A DNA stretch of 61,704 nucleotides, filler included, from Choristocarpus tenellus KU-1152 (Eukaryota; Protista; Phaeophyceae), in the NCBI GenBank assembly GCA_964200185.2. It is 14 parts of 14 records of this genome, joined end to end, with 100 filler letters (N's around TTAATTAATTAA, not from the genome) between each part and the next. Parts side by side here need not be neighbours in the genome. Positions count along the whole stretch, not along the records: positions 35,320 to 37,882 come from CAXNAD020026752.1; positions 37,983 to 44,203 come from CAXNAD020008650.1; positions 44,304 to 48,800 come from CAXNAD020014288.1; positions 48,901 to 53,112 come from CAXNAD020015663.1; 10 more parts are not named here. The stretch is one strand, 5' to 3'. Positions 37,827 to 51,018 of this stretch are shown here, piece after piece. The first letter of the stretch is position 1. Each line of letters opens with the position of its first letter. A model generated the notes under the pieces. It worked only from the letters and a program-made list of their open reading frames with translations, did not search any database and was not told the DNA's origin. A program made the translations under genes and the position numbers.

Positions 37827-37982
37827 AGAAAAAAGGGGAGGGGGGGGGCACGCGCTGTTTCCCCCCCACCCAAACAACGTGTNNNNNNNNNNNNNNNNNN
37901 NNNNNNNNNNNNNNNNNNNNNNNNNNTTAATTAATTAANNNNNNNNNNNNNNNNNNNNNNNNNNNNNNNNNNNNNNNNNNNN

Positions 37983-39252
37983 CCATCAGCACCCCCCGCG
38001 TAGAAAAGGTATCTAAGTGTCCTTGAATACCAGGGTTACCCTTGCAGTGTGCCACACCCTCGTGATGGTCCCTGGTGAGCATAAACTGCCGTGACACGTT
38101 GGGCCGACCCTCGCAGCAAAGGTTATAGTGTCCGAGAGTTACACACGAGGGCCCTGGGAGGACATCAACAATCAGTTCGCCCGTGGCCACACGCTTGACC
38201 TAGGGGTGGGGGCACGTAGTGGGCGACCTTCAGAGCTCACACCGACCAAGGTGGTCGCAATAAATATTATCAACTCTGATAATCGGTCATCCACAGTGCA
38301 TCAAGTGACAATGAAGATGGCTGCCAAGGGGCTGAATAACAAGCACCATAAACAGGTGGTTGGATGATATGGGGACGATGCCAAATCGCCGCTGGATCAC
38401 ACTCAAGCTAAAATAGTGGCAAAAGGTATGGAGAATAGACTGCTTGCGATCAAGTGGACCGGAAACATAGTGTGTAGGCCTTCATAATGAGCAAGATCCA
38501 TGTCGGTGAAACCTGGTTTTACGTGATGACTGATGGGGAAAGGGTTAGGGTATTTCTGCACAAGGATGATAGCGACCTTCCAAGGTCCCCTACTGTGCAA
38601 CACAAGAGTCATATCCCATTAACCATGATCATTGCAGCCAACACCCGCCCAGATTCGACTCCCAGCTTGATGGAAAGCTTGGTGTTTGGCGTGTGTGTGC
38701 GCCAAAAACAGCAGACAGGACAAGCAAGAACCATAAAAAGGGGGATGTGTATGTGCAGGACTGTACTTCAGACCATTTGTGGTACAGGAAGTGGTACACG
38801 GAGGAGTTACTACTTGCAATCAAGACAAGACGCCCTGGTTGCAGGGGAAGCACATTGTCATTCAGCAAGATGGTGCCACTCCCCACACGGGCAAGGGCAA
38901 CTCAGAAATCTTTTCAGGGGTAGGGAAGACTGAGGGGTGGTCGATTAGGCTTGTGACGCAGCCATCTAACTCCCCCGACCTCAATGTCATGGACCTGTGC
39001 TTCTTCAGGTCTTTGAAGTGCCGGGTGATAGGGGAGCAGTTTGGGTCCACCGAGAAGATGGTGAAGGTCATTAAGAAGCAGTATGAGGAGAATGATGAAA
39101 TCACACTTGAGAGGGCTTGGCAGCTCCTTTTTGTGGTGTACAATCAAGTAATTGGATACAAAGGGGGGAATGACTTCAGTATGGAGCACACAGGGGTAAG
39201 GAAGAGGCAGTGGTCAGGTGAGCTTGAAAACACGCCAAAGGTAGGCATGTAG
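37983..39252 (+). pseudogene. Tc1/mariner transposase, frameshifted (DD40D; first Asp apparently mutated)
   Basis: KIHVGETWFY (cf. HxDEKWFY), IVIQQDGATPH and QPSNSPDLNVMDLCFFRSLK spread over several frames. Confidence 0.9.
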
Positions 39253-40916
39253 GCCTTTCTGTGACTGATAACATTGCGATGGATCGGGAGAAATAATAAT
39301 AAAAAGGGCTGACCCTAACCAGAAATTCGTCAAGGATTCCAAATATTCATCCAGAAATGAATTTCATCAACATGTTCAAACGTTATGGATACTGCAGCAC
39401 ATATTTATGGCACGGAGGTAGTACAAGGCTATTTTGGAGAGGACAACATGGCTTAATCGTTTCTGTCTCATTAGGGTAAAGAACATCATGGACGTTATTG
39501 TCCATTGTATGCTCTTCAATCAACTGAGCAACAAGGGGACAATCTGGTGTTAAAGATAAGGATTAGTGTGGAGGTCAGGCCAGGTGAACTAACGACCATC
39601 TTCAACCAGCGGCACCAGGAGGGACAGACGAGATGGCTGTGTGTATAGAAGACGATCGTAGGCTTCGCCCTTTGTGTGTAGAAGTATGTCATATTGACTT
39701 AGAGATTGATAGATTGTTAATGACTGTATAGAATTCATTGTGTTTTCAAAACATACAACACAACCTTCAAGCAATACATCCCATATGACAGTACCTGCCT
39801 AAGCAGCACTCCTTCCCACTTTTCTTGACTTAAACGTACAGGTATATCCACAATATATATGGATGGGTAGGGGGGTTTGATGAAGATAAAAATTATCAAC
39901 ATTTTAGTGTCTAGCAATAGGCTACTTCCTTTTACTGGTTCAGATTTATTATTGCAATGTAGAAGAGGAATGGAGGAAAGATGAAAGAAGGTCGATGATA
40001 GACGTAACATATTGTAAAAGAACGGTTTCGGGAACACACTAAGCAAAAACGTCATAAACGTACGTGACGGCTCATGCACATTGAACCCTCATGCTGAAGT
40101 AGATGGTCTAATTATACTGCGTTCCTGCAGCTGCTCAATATCCACTTGGATCTATTGAGTCTCTTCTGGATAAAAGTGCTTCTGTGATGCGGCATAGGGA
40201 ATACAGTTCTCATCGACTAGTGGAAAATGCAACACCCCTGTTGAGCATCAGACAACTCTCCTTGAGATCCCTGAATTCTCCTAGCAACTCCAACTACTTC
40301 TGCTACCCTGGCGTCAACTGCCCCATATTGGCGTCACTATAAATCATTACTATATCATTTTCAAGGCACCACACACTGTTAATTGTTCGTGATGATCCTG
40401 ACCCATGGTCAGAGGTACTACACCCCGCTCTACTTCTCTTAATACTGAATAACTGTTGTACTACGACCAGCTGCACTGCTGCCGTTCCTGCCTTGCTTCT
40501 TGCACTTTAGGTTCAGCATTTCCGTTGCTTGTTCTGTCTTCCCCATCTTCTGCTGAACCTACCGCCTAATTTTCCATCCTGATCTTAGTCCCAGCGTTTT
40601 TTTTGTAGCACAAACCGGATAGTAGAGGTGTACAATCTATTGAGCTTGTCACACGGAATAGTATAATCGAAACCAGGTTTCCATGATATGAAGTCTGGGG
40701 TCCTTACAAGCGAAAATAGTTGGGGGGTAGAGCCCTGTGCTTGACCTCGTTAACTTGAGCCTATTGAAAAAATAATGATCACGGCGGGGTTGAACCCATG
40801 CGATTTCGCAATGCAGCTTGACACAACCCCTTAAACAACTTGGATCCATGATCTCTGCGATTATCAATCTGTTCCGAATTAATTCAATCATAGGAACATT
40901 ACAACCATCGACCGCT

Positions 40917-42500
40917 TCAGGACAGAGACCGTCCTAGTCTGACCCTGAAGGCCGATTTTGCCGGACACATGGCCGTGGCAGAAAGGACTGCATTCTTCGG
41001 GATTCTTGCGGAGGGTTGATCAGTATCTGGAAAAGGGTATTTAACCTCTTTGTGTCTTAGGTATTCCACCCAAATGCTTTTTTGCAACAGGTAGCCCCAA
41101 CTGTACACTGCCTGGTTTGTTACAAGTGCTGACCTCCTTGCAATAAACAACCTCGCCTGGCTCCTACCATTGTACATCCCTGGCAAAACTCCCACAGCTT
41201 TCCCAAACTCCAAGTTGCACTTTGATAAGGTTCCAATCACCACTACCTGCCTTGTCTGCAGCCATGTTACAGCACACCCCAGAGCTTACCTCGACGGGAT
41301 GTATAGCTCCAATCCACAATCCTACCGATGGCACTGATGGACGTACAGGACTCCTGATGTACAAGTCGTCAAGTATGATGGATCTCTTATTTGGAGTATT
41401 CCCTTCATAATTATCAATATCATCTATAAAAAGGAACTGGTCAACGACGTCTTATCAAAATAAGTGACCACAATGACCAAATAAAAAAAATGTTAGAGTA
41501 TCTTAGAGGGTATGAGATTTGCCCTGTTTGACCGTTTGGTGCTTGGCATCCCCCCTTTTTTTTAATGTCATTTTCCTATTATTCCGAAATGTTTCACGTA
41601 GGTAAAATGTATACGATTTGGAGTAGGTTATCATGCGTATGTCTGGAACAAGAATATTGATACTTCCTGACAAAAGCACGACAGGAAAATTACATCAGGA
41701 TCGCAACATTGGATATTGGTATCAAATGGACGCGACTTTACCCTCTAAGGTACTTTGACTTCTAAACACTTTACCTAATCTAAAATGTTTCGGAGTAGGT
41801 AAAATGTCATAAAATAACCCAATAAACGGACAAACAGGGTAAAACTCGTACCCTCTTCGATACTTGCACACTCAAAACGTACAAGTAAGTGTATCAAATT
41901 TAGGACTTCAAGGTAATAATGGCGTCTACGAAACCGCCATCAAGACAGTCGTCCAGAAATCGTTCTAACCCATCAATATACGCTGCTTCCGAGAGTCGCA
42001 ATTCCCACTGCAAAGTCCCGATGTCCTCCCATATCACTTCTGTCGGAAGGTGTACTAAATCAGCGATGATTAGACAAGATGATCCTCTCCATACTCCAGT
42101 GCGCGAATGTCCACCTCTGGATCTGGGTCGAAGAAGCCCACATCTTCTCCAACTGATTCTGCATACCCAAATACGGGTGCAAAGATGTATCCTTAGCATC
42201 CAATTTGTTCTGGGTGATCAGCTTGGGGGTATTCTGCAGTACTTGGAGGATCGGGCCATCGGTATAGTTTCTGCCTGCCGTTTGTTAAGGGCTGATAAGG
42301 AGATGCTGCTACTCTGGAGTCTAGCTGCTAGAGGTCTGACAAAAGGTACACAAAGCGATTGTGGAGAGAGTCACGAGCCTTCGCCCTCTCCAGGTCGTAC
42401 GATGCTGTTGTCTACAAACGCTTCTCCTAGTATTATTTCCATATGGCGGCCCTTTCACTACCCGAAATGTAACATTTCTACTTTGTACTCCAGGGGAAGG
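40917..42500 (-). pseudogene. Ty3/Gypsy pol remnant (post-protease region), interrupted by an LTR fragment (from 41265) and family A MITEs (41496-41762 plus partial ~41770-41875)
   Basis: EVIWEDIGTLQWELRLSEAAY and CNLEFGKAVGVLPG match EVAWEDDRTLQWELCLSEVEY and YNLELGKAVGVARG at 48433-48771. Confidence 0.7.
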
Positions 42501-44687
42501 TATACCTAGCCACCTTTGGTGGGGGTACCGCTTCTTCTGGGGTTTGCTTCTTGGAGCATACCTTTGCCTCCTACACTGAGATGCGGTCAGCCACTGCTCC
42601 TCCCGAGGGAACAGTGCTGCGCCAGGAAGCGGATGGTATGTAGCGTCCGCCCCCCCTCCACCACTTGTGCTAATAACCGGAAACGCTCAGAAAAAATACA
42701 CAAATGGACGCAGAGTGAGTTGTAGGGGTACCGTAAGAAGAAGCGAAGGATGAGCACCAAGACAAAGCTAACGGGTACACTATCCCAGGATATAGACTTG
42801 TCAGCCAAGTGATACACACACACTATGCAGAGTACGTGCTGTGTTTTTAGTCATAAACAGATGACATAGGAGCAAGTGTATTGTTGAGTTACTAATAGTG
42901 CAGGTTGAGGAGGAATCATATTTGTTTGCGTATGATGTACATGTCGTTCCTACTACAACTAGGGTTAGGAAAGAACCGCACAAGAAGTTATCACACAACT
43001 TCCTATTCTTCCTGTGCGGAAAATAGTACCCTATGATGTCTCCACCAAACCATGCGAACACCATAGTATTTCCAAACTAGAGCAACCATAGTGTGGTATA
43101 CATTCGTTACCTTTTGAGGAGACGAGGAGGGTTGCGACATAGTGATGCGATGGTCCAAGAAGGATTACACTATCCTCAAATATCACTGTTCATACCATTG
43201 CTTATATCCTATGTTAGTGTTGTTTAAACTTGTATTCATCTCTGAAGTGTTTCATATAACAAAATTCATTTTCAAAATTTGGACAGTTTGTTTTCTAGTT
43301 TTCAATTCTTGGGTAGGGTTACTACTCACTCACTCATTATATTTTCACTCGATCGTATTACGTAAAATGGGACATGAATATTGTATGTGAGCCAGTGGAA
43401 TAGATTCAATCACTCATGATGTTTTCTAAATTATTGATTGATGATTGGTGGTAAAACATCCCTGATATATTTGTACATATGTCAGGGACGTGGGGATGGT
43501 TGTGGTGTTGTGATCTGAGGCCCCATCAAAATGTTACAATGGCCTAAAATGTCACAATAATAAATGCTGTTTGTATATTCTGTCTCACCATTGTTGATAC
43601 TTGCGTTCTGCTTTGGATTATGTCAATTTCATATCACAATATAAAATCTTGACACCTTGTTCTCTCCTATGATATTGTTGAGTGATGTTACTTCTCACAT
43701 ATCACTATTTATCAATCAAAGCAATTTTATATGAATGTGACATGGATGTTGTGTGATCAATATAATTGATAAGTGTATACTTCCAGTCATGATATCTTAT
43801 ACATGAACGATCGGTGATTGGTGTGGAAACTCCTTGAAATAATTTCAAATTCCACACTTCACGTTTGAGGATATTCACTTTATCAGGTACCTGTGGGGTA
43901 CACACAATATGTAGGTTGTGATATAGATCTGTCCAACGTGGAGATGTGGTGAGGTCTTGATTCTGATTGCGTGTTAACGTCACACCTGAATGTAGTTCCG
44001 ATTCGAAGAATTTTGATCACCTCTCCACAAATGAGAGATTTGTCAGTTACATAGAATTCATAACAGACCACAAGGTATATATCTGCTTTTTACTCTTAAT
44101 ATTTATTCCATTCGTATATGAGCCAGGAGATACGTTCATTGTGCGCGACGAGAGTACATCATCGTGTCAAACATTTGAGACTCAAAGTATCTGGGAGGGG
44201 GTGNNNNNNNNNNNNNNNNNNNNNNNNNNNNNNNNNNNNNNNNNNNNTTAATTAATTAANNNNNNNNNNNNNNNNNNNNNNNNNNNNNNNNNNNNNNNNN
44301 NNNGTACAGTGTAAGGATTGTTTCTCGAGTTCTTGCAGGTACGAACTATATACGATATTAGTAACACATAGGTAGCCTTACAGAATAAGTGATTATTTGA
44401 AGAAGATGCAGAGTAAGATTCGGAATACCAACGTAGCATTACAGAGGAAAATGTCAAAGTCACTAAGCAGTTCAAGAATATCGGCTTATGATTGGAATAC
44501 CTATAGAGCAGTTGATAGAAGACCACGAAATTGGGTGGATGACGAAAATAATAAGAGAGCTTCAAGTGGTAACACTTCTACCTCCCTTATGCCTCAGTCT
44601 ATCGTTTGAATGAAACACTGAGTCACGCTTTGAGCTAAGCACTGAGTGGAATATCAAGAGAAGGCTATCTGACACCCTACAATCCAT

Positions 44688-47600
44688 TGTAATAGGCAAC
44701 GCCCCAATAGCATCGTTTTAAGGTCGTTGGATTTGAGTTGTACATCCTGTGGAGGTGAGTTCCGAGGGGGGCCGGTAACATGGAGGCCCTACCCCGTCTC
44801 TCTTCAACCTGATGCAATACTCATTATTCTCCTCAACACGTAGGATTCTTTGTAGCTTCCTGGATTATTTTCTTTCCCCCTTGGGCTGTGGTCATCATCT
44901 GTCGTCTACGGGATTCCCCTCTAGGGCTCGTCATCTTCATGGGTCTGAGGGCTTCTGTGGCTCTCAGGGAATCGCCCCTCTCTAGCCGTAAAACAATTGG
45001 CCTCTGATAGCCACATCACTCGCCTATAGTCATAAAATGAGTGGTCTTTGACCACCATGGTCGAGACATTGCCTAGGTAGTCAATTGTTCTGCGTTCCTT
45101 TACTCACACATTCTTTGTTCTCCTTTGGTTGCCATCTTGCCCTTTAATCCCCAAGTTTACAGACATGTCTGGCTCACAGTATTCGCAAGAAACTGAGGTC
45201 GCCTCCAACCTACAGATCCTCCAAGGAATCGATGATTCCGAGAGATTCCAGTCTAGTACCACAACTCAAGGCAATTCTGGTCACATCCGTGCCCACGCTG
45301 ATGAACGTTGAGAAAGGCGCAGAGACCGCATTTGTTTTCGGTCTTCCGCTCGTAGCAGATCCCGCTCCAGGTCGAGATCTCGGGACAGGTGCTCTCATCG
45401 ACACGGACGGAGGACCAGAGAAGAATGCAGAGGCCGCACCCGTTCACCACGTCATCACCGTCGGACCAGTGATTATTATTCTTCACACAGGTCTGTATCA
45501 CCCAGACCGTCTCGAAGGAATAGCCTGACTACGGTACGTCGATCCAGAGAGGTTGAGGCAGAGTTGCGAAGAGAGATTCATGAGTTGCGTACACGAGCCT
45601 CGCCGCATGAGTCACGACCCAATAGGCCGGAAAACAACCTCGACATGCGTTACCATCAAGGTTGTGTTAGAACCATGGAACGCATTCGTAAGAAACTCGG
45701 AGATCCTGTCCATGGCCCCGTCTTTCTTGGAGTACCTGCAGATAACTCCACCCTAACCATGTCAAACAACCCCGTTTTGTTTCGCTGACGCTCTTACCAA
45801 GGCTTTAGGGAGGGTTCAAGGAGGATCATGGGCTTTTCCCAAAGATCACACCCACTATCGCAATACATTACGCCCTCGTAGTGATGCCCTTACCCCTTTC
45901 CGCATCGAGCTTCTTGAGCAACTACTGTCTGACTCTCTTAGGACCCACAGTGATTTCTTAAGCGACTTCACCTACAGTGGATGTCCCGAGCGTCACCGGA
46001 CAACTCCTTCGAGTTCCTAGGGAAGACATGACGGCGACAGAGTGGGTTCGAATTCTGGTGAGAGAATGCACTCTTTCTTATAGTCAATCGAAGAATGCTG
46101 TAAAGAACGCAATGAGTTCTTTAAAGACTGAAAGAGGGGAATCTTGGAAGTTGCAGCCAATCAACTTGTCTTACATTATCGAGCATATACCGCAGATTCG
46201 CGGACGCCTCATGTTTGCCAGACAACTTTCTTTTGGAGGTATATAGCTGAAGATCAACTTATTGATCTATGTGAAAGAGCTCTTCCTATTCTTCTTCCCA
46301 ATGTTCTAGATCAGATTGGAGTGCAGTCGATGGCATTTTCATTTTGAAAGGAGACTCGGAGTCAAATTCGCCCACCGGCAATTTCCCAGAATAATCCTTT
46401 AGAAGATGAAATGGTACAGCGGGGAATGAAAGCAGAACGGATCTTTGACGATCTTATCGAAGAATTATCCGATCGTAGCGACCAGTACGCATTTTCCCAA
46501 CCAATCAAAATGCTACAAAATCTGCGGCGTACAAGGATAAGACACCCCCTGCTTTAGGTAGCATGGCTAACGCTCGTGCTATGTTTGCAAGCATGTCTGA
46601 CCCTTTGTCTGCCCCAGTCGAAGTGCCGATAGGAGGACAGGAACTGGAACCACGTCAACATAGCAGGACATCCTTGTTGCGAGAGGTGCCAAGGCAGAAT
46701 CCACCACCACACTAAGAGTTGGTCAATAGTATGTTGGCAGCCCTCGCACCGATGCTCCAACCTGTTTTGTCCCAAACCCCTGCCCATTGTCTGCGCTACG
46801 CTGACAAACCAACCTGCTTCTGCTCCTGGGAAATATTGGACTACGTTCGTTTCGAAGAGCAATGTATCCACACCCGTTCGACCATCAACCCTCGCCACCC
46901 AGTCTGTGCCCCGTTCCTCTATAACCACAGACAGAGCGAGCGATGCAGGTCGACACCATTCGGGTAAGGGTTTGCCTTCACCATCTGCTTCCCAAGATGA
47001 GGTTGTCGAGTGGTTCAAGGCGCATCGAGTTTGTTTCCATCATGCTTTTGGTCGCGAACGTTTCAAGTCTATCGGTCACAGGTGCAGGTATACTCACGAC
47101 GACTCTGTAGTACCTAAGGGTTACCTTGCATATCTGTCCCAATATAAGCCAAGCACTACCTCAACGAACGAGTCGCGTATGATGGTAGCCTTGACAGACT
47201 CCCACTTGCACTACCTCGCCGCGATGTAGGACTTTGAGTTTCCGCCACTATTTACAAGCAGCCCGACCGATTCAGAAGTTCCCGAGTTGCCCTGAGGGTG
47301 CGCCCTGGAGTCTTCAGCTCCAGGGAACTTAGACACTGTAGCCATAGGAAGCATGACCCCCACACCCACCTCGACAATATCCACTATGTCAACTGCCCAA
47401 CGAACTAGTCAAGTATGGCTATCTGGACTACTGTGGCACCCTCGCAAAGTCCGCTCGAGAATGCCTGTATAGATACTCCTTGACCAGGTGCAGGAGGTGG
47501 GAACTCACATCGAGTGAGAGTACCTTAGAGGGTACCACTTTTGCCCTGTTTGTCCATTTGAGGCTTGCCTTCCCTCAGGTGGGTTTATGACATTTTCCCT

Positions 47601-48771
47601 CTCCGAAATATTTCGGAGCAAGTAAAACGTGTACGTTACGAAAAGGTCTGTCCGCAACAAGGATACTGACACCTCCTAACAAACACGATAGCCAAAATAC
47701 ATCAAAATCGCAACATTTGATTTTGGCCCCCCAAATGGACACGGCTCTACCCTCTAAGATACTTTGGCTCCATTTCGTCTGCTTTTTGGCGCAGTACTAC
47801 TCTCTGGGGAGGTAGCACAGGCCTACCACACCTTAACCAAACCGGTAAAGGAACGTTGTTGCATGCGGCAAACCCGAAAGGATGCAGCACCCCACCTATG
47901 CAGGTACTAGGATCCTGCATACTGCCAATATTGTTTCCCCCAGAGGATAGAGTTCACAATGTGAGAGTTAGAGTAGTGGAAGGCTTACCTTACGGGATGG
48001 TTCTAGGAGCAGCATTCTGTAGGCAGAACAAGAGCATACTGACATTTACAGAGGGGGAAGGCTTTCGACCAGCTTCGAACCCACCATAGATACCTTTGTT
48101 CGAGCTGTGACACCCCGATCTCGAGTTAGCAATGCACTCCTGTCAACCCTGGGAGAATGGCAAGCGTCCATGACACCCACAACCCGACCATCCAAGTACC
48201 ACAGACTGCCTCCCAATAACCCCAGATCAGCTGAATGTAGAGAACCCCCCCCTGATACAGTTCCTAGACTCCCAAGATGCACTAGTACTCTAACTGGTGA
48301 GCATACACCACCAGAAAAGGAACATGCAACCTTTTTTGATGTAGAACCAGAAGCAGGCACCCAAGATACGGATCCAGAGGCAGGTATCGCTACAATAGAC
48401 CTTGCCCAGGACAAGGATCCCTGACCCGACCATTGGAGAGTCCAGGTGTTGTACCCCTTCCGGTAGAGGTAGCGTGGGAGGATGATAGGACTCTGCAATG
48501 GGAATTGTGTCTGTCAGAAGTAGAATATGTAGAAGGGTCTTTTAGCGAAGTCTGCAAGGGATTTGTTAAGGGGGCACAACCACAGTCCAGACAGTTGGTG
48601 GTGATGGAACCCTTAGCAGAGTATAACCTGGAATTAGGGAAAGCTGTAGGAGTTGCCAGAGGTGTACAATGGTGGAACCCAGGAACTCCCATTTATTGCA
48701 AGCTGGTAAATACGTGCAATAAACCCAGTAGTATCCAGGCTGTTAAGAATATGCTTTTTATTCATGTGTAA
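44688..48771 (+). mobile_element. Degenerate LTR retrotransposon, probably Ty3/Gypsy: putative 5' LTR 44688-44995, gag-like region ~45165-47230, aspartic protease ~47473-48089, downstream pol domain 48433-48771; truncated at contig end
   Basis: TG...CA segment followed by AT-TGG (PBS position). Frameshifted ILLD[T]GAGGGN..ISSAFWR, then VRVVEGLPYGMVLGAAF (retropepsin pattern). Many stops and frameshifts; no RT seen. Confidence 0.7.
47512..47770 (+). mobile_element. MITE family A inserted just after the protease active-site motif
   Basis: GAGTGAGAGTACCTTAGAGGGTA ... ACCCTCTAAGATACTTTGGCTC. Confidence 0.85.
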
Positions 48772-51018
48772 AAGAAGATTCTGTAGAAGAAACAATTTAT
48801 NNNNNNNNNNNNNNNNNNNNNNNNNNNNNNNNNNNNNNNNNNNNTTAATTAATTAANNNNNNNNNNNNNNNNNNNNNNNNNNNNNNNNNNNNNNNNNNNN
48901 TTTTTCACATTTATGATATTTTATTTCTTTAGGGCTTATATTGACTTATGTATAGTTTTCATTTGTTTCCCCCCTGACACATCTGGAAAATGTCAGAGGG
49001 CATAATAATAAAATGCTTCTCTATTTCCTTGTCTAGTTGAAAAGGGTTAAGATACATATAGGTTGGTTATAGCACCAATATACACACAAAATATAATTTC
49101 CAAGGTTTGAGGTAGTGCTAGTAGCATAGGTGATATTCATATAATATATAGACTATAATAGAAAGGGAAAGTTTATGAAATAATCTGACTTTGAAACCAG
49201 GAGAATTCTGGAAGGAATGATCTATGGAATAGAGTGCTGATTAGGGTGAAAAGAAAATAATGAGAAGGTGTATGAAGAGTGAATTACTGGGTGGGTAGGA
49301 AGCAGAAAAGGTAGGAGGAGAGAATGTAAAAGAAATTGGTGGTAAGTGGAAGCATGAGGTAGGAAGGGATGGATCAGAATATAAGGAAAAGTTGAGATTG
49401 GTGGGACAGAACAAGCAGGGCTAGGACAAGGCAACCTCCGAGCAATCTTTCCCACCTACCCACCCTTTCGATTGCTCACGACCGACTGGGATGCTGGGGA
49501 ACAGGGGGGGGGGGGTCAAGTTTGGGAAGGGTAGATGTCTTCTGGTTCAAAGGCACAATATTGAAGTGGATGATGAAGGGAAGTTCTTGGATGATTGTGG
49601 AGTGATGTTGAGTGATGTTGAGTGGTGTTGAATGGTGTGGTGGAGTGGAAATTGAGGTTGAGTGGGGCTGGATGGTGGAGTGGAGTGGAAGGTGGTGACT
49701 GGAAGTCAGTGGCAAAGGGGTCGCACTGGTTGGTCATTGGATGTGGTTGGTGACTGGAAATCAGTGGTGAAGGGAGTTGGCACTGGTTGTTCACAGGTTA
49801 TTTATGCTGGTGACTCGAAGTCAGTGACGGAGGAACCACACTTGTTGATAACAAGTGGTGTTACAATGGGGGGGGTAGAATAGGTGGAATACGAAAAAGA
49901 ATAATCAGTAACAATCCAGACTTCGTGAGCAAAGCAAAGATATCTTTCACGTTTACGAGAACTACTTCTACAATTGTTACTTTTTCAGGGGTGTTTGTCA
50001 TATTGATTTGACTTTTTCCGTGACACATGCGGAAGATGTGGCAGAGCATAATAATACATGGCAAGGAAGGGCTTGTTAGATACTTGGGATGCTTCCCTAG
50101 CTCCTCACCCTGGCGTGCAGGACTAAGCTAGGTGGAGGCACAGGAGGGCAGTGGTGTAGCATAGGTGATAGTAAAATAGTCCATTTCGTCCATCTCGTCT
50201 ACCAAGTCTATCTCGAATTGTTAAACCTACTCACTAATTTTTTGTTCCAATGTGCGAGATATACCTTCAGAGGAAGAGCATTTTCAAGTACACCTTGGTA
50301 GGAACGTGGGTGTTACATGGCGTCATTGTGATTTATTATGATGGTTTGACATTTTACAGATATGTCAGGGGAAAAACCAATGAAAACTCTTAAAATCATA
50401 GAAATAGAACCAAACCTTGTTCTTACTTCCTAGTAGACAAAATTCCCCACATAACTACAACCAATTATTATTGAAGGAGGTTCAATCAAGAATATGAAAT
50501 TAGTGAGTAGGCGTAACAGCCTATTATATATATAGTACCTAATTTTCTAGGTAGGTTCTCTAATATGAAGGTGGTTCTCACGATCACTCGAAAATCTCAG
50601 GACGATGTGTTACAAACGAAGGTTTCAATACAATTATATATATAGGAAGTTATGTTCGTGTATCAGATTGTTTTGACTGATGTTACGGTTGTGGTTAAGG
50701 GATTGTTGCTACGATGGACATGTCCTCTTACAGGACCTACTCTTCACAATGGTGACCACCCCACACTCTAATTTATGATATCTACACATATATTTGTATA
50801 TACCAAGTAAGTGTACACACCGTCACAGTTGATAGTTTGTATTAAACATACCAATGTAACACATCGTCACTATTGTTCTGAATGGAGTAAAAAATTGATA
50901 GTAATGAGAACTATCCAAACACATGATGACCACCCCACAACTTCTCAACACCTCCTGAAATCGTGAAGGTTGTCGGATGACCGATTGCGGTTGAGACTTT
51001 GAGTTCCGCCAGTAAATC

